64,000 nt of DNA. Origin: Bacteroidia bacterium. Its GTDB lineage: Bacteria; Bacteroidota; Bacteroidia; 2-12-FULL-35-15. This document shows, piece after piece, positions 1 to 6,754 of the stretch. A program made the translations under genes and the position numbers. The stretch covers positions 588,502 through 652,501 of the forward strand of contig JAURXZ010000030.1 in the NCBI GenBank assembly GCA_030654175.1. The letters run 5' to 3'. Every line of letters begins with the position of its first letter. Position 1 is the first letter of the stretch. The notes under the pieces are model-generated. The model made no database searches, was not told the DNA's origin, and saw only the letters and a list, made by a program, of their open reading frames with translations.

Positions 1-3000
1 GGATGACCCGTTAAATCAACTGCTAATGAAGGTGTTCTGATGTTTGATCTTTCATAAACGATCTCACCAAGAACATTCATTATTGTAAATACTTCGATGT
101 GCTCCAAACATCCTGAGCAATCTTCAATTTGAACGGTAAACTTCCCATCATTCGGATTTGGAAAAATCTGTAATTTGTAATCTGAAACCAGCGCTTCGTC
201 AATCCCCACTAAGGAAGCAACTACCACCACAACACTTGTTGTAACACCTGAACAATTAGCGTTATAGGAGGTAAGTGTTACGGTATAAGTCCCTTCAACT
301 GCATATACATGTGTTGGGTTTTGTTCTCCCGATGAGGAGCCATCACCAAAATCCCAAAGCCAGGCATTAGAATTGGCACTTGTATTTGTAAACATCACCA
401 TTCCTAAACCATTGAGAGCAACAGTATCGTCAGATTGGGTGAAGGAAGCGGTTAAGCCAAGCGCTCCGCAATTATTCTGTATGGTGATAATGTCTGTAAT
501 TGTATCAGAACAGGTAGTGTTGTTCACGATCATGAATACCGCATATTGACCAGCAATGGTATAGATATGTGTTGGGTTTTGTGACGTAACATTTGTAGAG
601 CCGTCACCAAAGTTCCAGTTCCATGCTATAGGAGCAGGAGTAGAATTGTCGGTATAAGAAACTGCTGTACCTACTGTTCCGGTTGCCGGCACATTGAAAG
701 CAGCTACCAGCGCAGGCACAACGGTTACTGTTACATTATCCTGGGCGGGACATCCGGCAGGGCTGGTTACAGTTACTGCGTACACTCCGGATATAGTGGT
801 TTGTAATGTTTGGGTGTTTCCACCGATAGGGTTACCATCCAATGTCCAGCTATAGGTACAACCGGGATTGCCGCCATCCAGTAAAGGAAGTATTTCATTT
901 GAACAAACGGTATAATTAACACCCAGTTCAATGATAGGATCTTTAATGATGAGTAAAAGTGTATCTTTCCCTACACATCCGGTAGGACTTGTTACTGTAA
1001 CCCGGTATGATCCGGCAGCAATGGTTTGTAAGGTTTGGGAGTTCATCCCGGCCGGGTTGGAATTCATTGTCCAGAGATAGGTTTGCATTCCACTCATTCC
1101 AGCGTCTAATACAGGCAAGGTGCTATCAGTACAGATCAAAATATCCGGCCCAAGGCTGATCGGCAGTTGTGTATAGATGGTTAAATTCATCATGTCGCTG
1201 CTGGAGCAACTGCCATAGCTTACGTTTACCGAATATGCTCCGGCCTGTGTGGTTTGCAATGTTTGAGTGTTTCCACCTGTTGGAGTTCCGTTGAACATCC
1301 AGGTATAGGTTGCTCCGGGATTACCTGCATCCAGTAATGGTTTCTGATCTGTGAAGCACATGGTGGTATCGCTTGTAATACTAACTGTTGGAGCAGAGAT
1401 CACTTCAATTTCCCTTGTAGTAACGGAAACACCACAGCAACTTGTAGATGTTAATGTAATTACATAGGTACCTGGGGTACTGTATGTTACGTTACCCGGG
1501 CTTTGTGCGGATGATGAAGTAAGTGAACTGCCCGGTATGCTCCAGCTGTAAGTGCTTGCTGTTCCAGTGGTGGATACATTTACGGCATCGCCAATACAAA
1601 CAACATCTTTGGAAGTAGCCACTTCGGGAGGGGCAAAATTTGTTGGAAGATTTATAAAATTTGCAAGCGGATACGGTACACCATCTATTATCAAGGTGAT
1701 ACTTCTAAAACCGGGCATACCACTATCGTATTGAACGGTAACGTTAGCTCCTGAAGCTGTAGCAGGATTTGCTCCAACCCCAAACACCCAATCAATATTG
1801 CCGGTTGCTACTGTTGTAAAGGTAACATCGGCATTTGAGCAGCCCGAAAATGTAGCTGTTACAGCAGGTTCAAAAGGGTTGTACATATTTGAAAACATCA
1901 CCTGATCCTGCCCCGGCTGCTGATACAATGCAATACTCGCACCATCAGAACCGTCTCCACCATTACCGCCTGGTCCGCCTTGTCCACCTTGTCCACCTTG
2001 TCCGCCTTCACCTACATTACAACTATGGTCAAGCGTCAGGTTATTCATTAAATTACCGCCAAGGCCTCCGGCTCCACCAAGTCCTCCGGTTCCACCGGTA
2101 CCACCGGCACCACCGTTACCACCTGATCCGGGATCTAAGGAACAATCCCTTACCACTCCGTTTATTCCATTTGCCCAAACAAAAATTCCAAAAGAAGCAC
2201 CTGCACCTGTGCCACCGAAGCCTGTAAAACCACCCTGACCGCCTTCACCGCCACCACCGCCACCACCACCTGTGCCGAAAACATAGGTTAAGGTATCTCC
2301 CGTTGTGGGGTGCACTGCTGCAGGCTGACAGCCTTTTGCGCCACCACCACCACCACCACCGCCACCAGCGTTTTTACCCTGTGTTCCGATAGAGCCCGTG
2401 CCTGGAATGTAATATCCTCCTGTATAAGTTGTTACTCCTTGTGTGCCATTTAAACCGGGTAATCCGTCTATCCCAACAGTTCCGACAAAGCCGTTATTAG
2501 AGGTTGGGCTAGCCATACAAGTTACAAGGTATTGTATCTCACAAACGCCTGCACCACCAATTCCACCAGGAACTCCGCCATAACCAAGTCCAAATCCACC
2601 TGCCAGTCCGGGATTCGTATAATCGCCTTCGGCATTGTATAACGTAACACCCAATATCTGGGATGTATCCACAAGAAATCCGCCTCTTTCGCCACCTGTT
2701 CCACCCGGACCTCCCGCATAACTGCCTGGAAACGAACCACCAGCCCCTGCACCACCAAGCCTGCAACAAATCCCGCCACCGATATCATGGTCTCCTTCTG
2801 CTCCTGTTTCGCCAACAAGGCCAATTGTTCCTGTTAAGCCCGGGGTTCCGGGAGCACCGGGTAATCCATCAGAGCCATTTCCGGCATTTACTTTACATCT
2901 TGAAATAACATAATTGGTACAGGAATTAATATAAATTCCATAAACGGAAACTCCATCCCCCACCGCATTAGCAATATTAATGGTAAGATCCAACAAACGG

Positions 3001-3383
3001 AAACCGGATACATTGGTGCAGGATAATCCAACCAAGCGGTTTGGAGCGGTAAGAATATTTGAATTGTCACGTTCAATTATGGTAGCAGTTGTATTGCTTT
3101 TCACCCATGTGGAAACGTTAAAACCGCCTTCGATGGTTACATTACTCGGTATGCTGAGGGCGGCATTAAGGGTATAAAGCCCTGACGACATCCTGATAAT
3201 TTTATTTGTAGTGCTGACTAGCGAAAGGCCGTATGCAAAATTTGCCGGAGTTGCTTTAGTGCCTGTAACCCCGCTAGATGCGCCAGTTGGACTTACATAG
3301 ATGTAACCACACTCCTGTGCAGAAACACCTAAAAAGGCGGTAGAGAAAACGAAAACAATAAAATATTTGTAGAAAATATTCAT
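1..3383 (-). CDS. Large secreted Gly-rich/PKD-domain surface protein with T9SS type A C-terminal sorting domain (3' end beyond window)
   Basis: Absent from the ORF track because it runs off the window. Manual translation from ATG 3383 gives MNIFYKYFIVFVFSTAFLGVSAQECG (signal peptide), Gly-rich tracts, PKD motifs (WNFGDG, WDFGDG) and CTD-like LQIFPNPNDGKFTV near position 150. Both ends checked are in the same frame. Confidence 0.88.
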   Translation of the reverse strand, partial: MNIFYKYFIVFVFSTAFLGVSAQECGYIYVSPTGASSGVTGTKATPANFAYGLSLVSTTNKIIRMSSGLYTLNAALSIPSNVTIEGGFNVSTWVKSNTTATIIERDNSNILTAPNRLVGLSCTNVSGFRLLDLTINIANAVGDGVSVYGIYINSCTNYVISRCKVNAGNGSDGLPGAPGTPGLTGTIGLVGETGAEGDHDIGGGICCRLGGAGAGGSFPGSYAGGPGGTGGERGGFLVDTSQILGVTLYNAEGDYTNPGLAGGFGLGYGGVPGGIGGAGVCEIQYLVTCMASPTSNNGFVGTVGIDGLPGLNGTQGVTTYTGGYYIPGTGSIGTQGKNAGGGGGGGGGAKGCQPAAVHPTTGDTLTYVFGTGGGGGGGGEGGQGGFTGFGGTGAGASFGIFVWANGINGVVRDCSLDPGSGGNGGAGGTGGTGGLGGAGGLGGNLMNNLTLDHSCNVGEGGQGGQGGQGGPGGNGGDGSDGASIALYQQPGQDQVMFSNMYNPFEPAVTATFSGCSNADVTFTTVATGNIDWVFGVGANPATASGANVTVQYDSGMPGFRSITLIIDGVPYPLANFINLPTNFAPPEVATSKDVVCIGDAVNVSTTGTASTYSWSIPGSSLTSSSAQSPGNVTYSTPGTYVITLTSTSCCGVSVTTREIEVISAPTVSITSDTTMCFTDQKPLLDAGNPGATYTWMFNGTPTGGNTQTLQTTQAGAYSVNVSYGSCSSSDMMNLTIYTQLPISLGPDILICTDSTLPVLDAGMSGMQTYLWTMNSNPAGMNSQTLQTIAAGSYRVTVTSPTGCVGKDTLLLIIKDPIIELGVNYTVCSNEILPLLDGGNPGCTYSWTLDGNPIGGNTQTLQTTISGVYAVTVTSPAGCPAQDNVTVTVVPALVAAFNVPATGTVGTAVSYTDNSTPAPIAWNWNFGDGSTNVTSQNPTHIYTIAGQYAVFMIVNNTTCSDTITDIITIQNNCGALGLTASFTQSDDTVALNGLGMVMFTNTSANSNAWLWDFGDGSSSGEQNPTHVYAVEGTYTVTLTSYNANCSGVTTSVVVVVASLVGIDEALVSDYKLQIFPNPNDGKFTVQIEDCSGCLEHIEVFTIMNVLGEIVYERSNIRTPSLAVDLTGH

Positions 3384-3871
3384 TATTTAATTTTTTGTAC
3401 TGTTGTTAATACAATCCTAAGGAAAGGTAATGTTAGTAAAACAATTAAAAATAAGCAAATAAATTGAAGGAAAAATTTCGGTTTTTTAAGGTGGGAATAA
3501 GGAAGAGGCTGAAGTGAATGAAAAAAAACAGCTGAAAACGGTGAGGATTTGGATAAAAAAAGGGGTTACTGATAAAATAATGCAGTATAGTGGCAAGATG
3601 CCAGCTAATAAATGGCACGAGTTAAAAAAACTCGCGCCTAGGTGCTATGATAATACTCATGGCTGCTGGGGAATTTATCCTTCAAATTGTAAAGTTTTTA
3701 ACATAAAAAATAAACGAGCAATGTTCGTTTTATTTTTACACTCAGAATATTGTTACAAAACTTAATAAATATATTATCTGGGAATACTATTGTTTAAACA
3801 CTACTAAGCATCGGTTTTAAATAAAAGGGTAAAAAAAATGCTGAATTACTATATTAAAGAAAAAGCCTATT

Positions 3872-4081
3872 ATGAAAAAAAATATTATAATCAATAATTA
3901 TAACAATTGCAGTTTTGGAAATAAAAATGATCCGGAAAATAAAAAAAAGGGATTTTGGATTATTTTATTACCAATCCTTATTGCAAACAGCGAGAAAATT
4001 TTCAATTTAATAAAACAATTTTTAATTTTATTGAGAAATGATCCAATTCATAAGTTATTAGATATATTTAATTGTAACTAA
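3872..4081 (+). CDS. Small hypothetical membrane protein (69 aa)
   Basis: ATG start after an A-rich leader; KKK followed by hydrophobic GFWIILLPILIA; no family recognised. Confidence 0.45.
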   Translation: MKKNIIINNYNNCSFGNKNDPENKKKGFWIILLPILIANSEKIFNLIKQFLILLRNDPIHKLLDIFNCN

Positions 4082-4229
4082 TTGGGACTATTTTAAATTT
4101 GATCACCTTTAATAAATTTATATTTTTTATCTTAACAACGCTGCAACACGCTGATAATGTGGACACTGTATGGTTAATAATTATTTAGCAATTTTTTTTA
4201 GTTTGTTGTTTTTTAGCAGTTTGGCTGTT

Positions 4230-4424
4230 TAACTTTGTATAACAAAATTGTTTAAAAGAAAACCACCAAGTAATTAGCTTGATGGTTTCTGGAAAAAAGA
4301 CAAAGTTGGTAACTAGTATACCCTAAGGTTGGAATTTAGCAATCTTGATTTTGGAGACCAAAGAAAGAAACTTTATCAGTACAAAGAGTCAGATTCCCGT
4401 CTGACTTTTTCTTTTACAAAGATA
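4230..4424. ncRNA. Candidate pair of overlapping sense/antisense small RNAs
   Basis: Convergent -7 boxes (TAACTTTG + 4230-4237; TATCTTTG - 4424-4417). Each strand ends in a hairpin plus U-tract (4383-4415 for +, 4288-4255 for -). No convincing ORF inside. Confidence 0.45.
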
Positions 4425-4721
4425 AAGCATATCGATTTCTTTAAAACAGAAAACAATTAACATTTGGTCGATGTTATAAACACGCCTTGTATCTAGCATT
4501 ATTATTGATGTTCAGAGCGATCACTTTACCCAAACGGACATTACCTAGTCGTATCAAGTGTTTCGATACAACTTCCACACCACTCCTTTTATCAATAGGT
4601 GTTTCAGCTCTATTTCTTTCTTATTACTGGTGAGTTTTACAATTATTTAGTTACCTTCTTCCCGTTGAGCGAAGCGTTCCGCTATGCTATTTTCCACAAG
4701 GCCTTCGGTCTGTTCCATTGC

Positions 4722-5276
4722 TTATAGTTTTTGGGGCAGTTTGATTTTAAAACCTATTTGCTTTCTCGGTTTTTGATTGTCTTTTTTTTCTAATAATTCA
4801 TCCAAATATTGAAATACTAATTCAATGTTCTTGGTATTATTATCAGTTTTTGTTACGAGCTTTTCAATAGCTAAACGTAACTCGGTATTATCCAATAGCA
4901 TTTGACGGATGCGAGTGAAGATTCGAATGATTTGGATATTTACAGATATGGCTTGCGGGCTATTTAAGACACTTGACAACATCGCCACTCCTTGCTCTGT
5001 AAAACAAAATGGGGCATAACGTAAACCCATCTTATCAGAATTGGAGGTGCCAAATTGGCTCCTCCAATTTTCAAATTCATCTTTATTCATTTCAAACATA
5101 AAATCTTCTGGAAATCGTTCTATGTTTCTAATAACTTGTCTTTTTAATTGTTTGGTTTCAACGCCATAAAGATTTGCCAAGTCTCTGTCTATCATCACTT
5201 TTTGCCCTCTAAGATAATAAATCTGATTCATTATTAGTTCATCAGGAATTGAAAGTGCTGTGTGTTTTTTAGCCAT
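4722..5276 (-). CDS. ORF6N-domain DNA-binding protein (phage antirepressor-type N-terminal domain)
   Basis: Motifs RGQKVMIDRDLANLYGVET, RNIERFPEDFMF, FTEQGVAMLSSVLNS and C-terminal RKQIGF. Confidence 0.92.
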   Translation of the reverse strand: MAKKHTALSIPDELIMNQIYYLRGQKVMIDRDLANLYGVETKQLKRQVIRNIERFPEDFMFEMNKDEFENWRSQFGTSNSDKMGLRYAPFCFTEQGVAMLSSVLNSPQAISVNIQIIRIFTRIRQMLLDNTELRLAIEKLVTKTDNNTKNIELVFQYLDELLEKKDNQKPRKQIGFKIKLPQKL

Positions 5277-5292
5277 TGTTTTTGATTGTTAT

Positions 5293-5418
5293 TTTGAGGT
5301 CGCAATTTGCGACCTCAAACATTAATTAATTCTTTAAGGTGGCGATTTGGCAACTTAAACTTTTCGTTACCAAATCTAATATATTTCCTTTTCTTGATAG
5401 TCCAATTTGGAATATCAA
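5293..5418. repeat. Array of 25-bp palindromes homologous to the palindrome inside the ORF6N gene
   Basis: ttgaggtcgcaatttgcgacctcaa (5294-5318, perfect), ttaaggtggcgatttggcaacttaa (5334-5358) and ttgatagtccaatttggaatatcaa (5394-5418), versus the gene copy ttggaggtgccaaattggctcctccaa (5041-5067). Confidence 0.75.
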
Positions 5419-5517
5419 ATTTATTTTTAATATTCATTTGTTCCAATAACATCCTTCAAACTATTGATTTTATTGAAACTAGCCTAAAACGGCCCAAGTT
5501 ATATCCCCGATAAAATA

Positions 5518-5552
5518 AAAAACCCCGCTATCTAAATGATAGCGGGGTTTTT
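5518..5552 (-). terminator. Intrinsic terminator, probably the original tRNA-Arg terminator displaced by the integrated element
   Basis: aaaaaccccgctatc-taaat-gatagcggggttttt hairpin with T tracts on both sides, just beyond the duplicated tRNA 3' end. Confidence 0.8.
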
Positions 5553-5560
5553 ACTGTTTG

Positions 5561-5578
5561 TAGTGGTCGCGAAGGGAT
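5561..5578 (-). repeat. Distal att core (duplicated tRNA-Arg 3' end)
   Basis: tagtggtcgcgaagggat is identical to 14295-14312. Confidence 0.92.
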
Positions 5579-5627
5579 ACCGAACCCCTCCACCAAACCC
5601 CATATATAAAGGGTGTTTAATAAATAC

Positions 5628-5657
5628 ATCAGCGAAATTGTGAACTAATTGTGAACT
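5628..5657. promoter_or_regulatory. Putative integrase arm-type binding sites (left end)
   Basis: Tandem TTGTGAACT at 5638 and 5649 (11-bp period), mirrored at 14167/14178; atcagcgaaattg (5628-5640) is the inverted repeat of caatttcgctgat (14186-14198). Confidence 0.7.
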
Positions 5658-5721
5658 GGGTACTATTATTTATACGCTAAAGATATAAAAATAATAGTTC
5701 AGTAGAGTTAGTTTTTATTCA

Positions 5722-5818
5722 TCAACAACAAAAGTTGTTGAAGGCTAAGAATTCGTTTTGATTCTTCAACAACATAACCAGTTGAAGTAAAAACAAAAGT
5801 CGTTGAAGCTTCAACAAT
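5722..5818. repeat. Cluster of CTTCAACAAC-type repeats in alternating orientation
   Basis: Copies at 5722, 5734(inv), 5764, 5781(inv), 5799(inv) and 5809; weaker copies near 5866 and 5980-5998. Confidence 0.7.
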
Positions 5819-6027
5819 TATTGTTTATTCGACTCAAACACACTATAAAACAAAGGAGTTCCAACCAACAACGCAAATTTAACATAGGCTTTTTTAAGGT
5901 AATTTAGTGGGGTGTTCCGGTAAAATTTGGGAGTGTTAACCTCCATTTCAAAACAAATTTGTATTGAATTTTCATCCATACAACGAAAAGTGTTGTTGCT
6001 GATCGAACGATCAAAAAGAAAGGTATG

Positions 6028-6312
6028 TTATGATCCGTGATTTTCAACAGCAATAGCAAGTCTTCCAAGGCTCGAATCAATTTTGTCTAACAAAAGGCCA
6101 ATTCCAGACATTTGCTCATCATGAATGTCGCCATTAGAAACATAGAGATTGTTTTTACGTTCCAACTGTTTTATTTCGGAAATTTTAATTACCTGGTCGA
6201 TAGACAATTTAGTCTTAGAGGCAATTTTCTTTAAAATTTCAATTTCGCTGATGATCGCTTTGTCTTCGATGTGAAGCGATTTTCTTGCATCTTGGTCAAA
6301 TAATGTTCCCAT
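6028..6312 (-). CDS. Hypothetical protein (94 aa), element cargo
   Basis: Likely start MGTLFDQ at ATG 6312; contains ERKNNLYVSNGDIHDEQMSG; function unknown. Confidence 0.7.
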   Translation of the reverse strand: MGTLFDQDARKSLHIEDKAIISEIEILKKIASKTKLSIDQVIKISEIKQLERKNNLYVSNGDIHDEQMSGIGLLLDKIDSSLGRLAIAVENHGS

Positions 6313-6551
6313 GTTTTTATTTTGTTTTGTTAAATTATAGCACAAAAATATAAATCTTATCCCAGCACTTTTTAAGTACTATTTTAATTCTCCACAAACA
6401 CATTTAACAAAATCAGTATCAACACATTAATTTTATTTTATTTTTTAAAGTTCAAAAGCACGAATATTTTCCCTTTTTTCTATTATTATCTGCTTTGTTT
6501 AAAATCGAAAAATGGGTAAAAAATTGGTTTGTGGAAACATGTGTTTTTTTT

Positions 6552-6752
6552 CACTACTTTACTACTATCGCTGTATCCTTTGCAAGACTAATGAAATATG
6601 GTAGCAATCAATTACTACCAGTTACTACTTTACTACTTTTATTTTACTACTTATTACGCCTTTTTACTACTAAATAGCCCTTTTTACTACCAGTCACTAC
6701 CTTTATTTTGTTGATATTGAACTGATTGATTAGAATAGTAGTAAAGTAGTAA
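6552..6752. repeat. Iteron cluster (TACTAC), putative replication origin of the element
   Basis: 7 TACTAC and 2 CACTAC direct copies in 6552-6700, inverted GTAGTA copies at 6738 and 6746, immediately after the primase stop codon. Confidence 0.78.
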
Positions 6753-6754
6753 TA

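Noticed and set aside
1552-3765. Short ORFs listed in the track across 1.5-3.8 kb
   Set aside because: Nearly all are antisense or off-frame shadows of the large minus-strand gene 1-3383; 3514-3765 has a GTG start and no recognisable features.
5307-5513. 68-aa + strand ORF over the palindrome array
   Set aside because: TTG start inside a palindrome and in the ORF6N promoter region; better explained as a by-product of the repeats.
6495-6677. 60-aa hydrophobic ORF
   Set aside because: Its Leu/Tyr/Thr content is simply the translation of the TACTAC iterons.
5293-6752. Repeat clusters as a CRISPR array
   Set aside because: No identical repeats with regular unique spacers and no cas genes.
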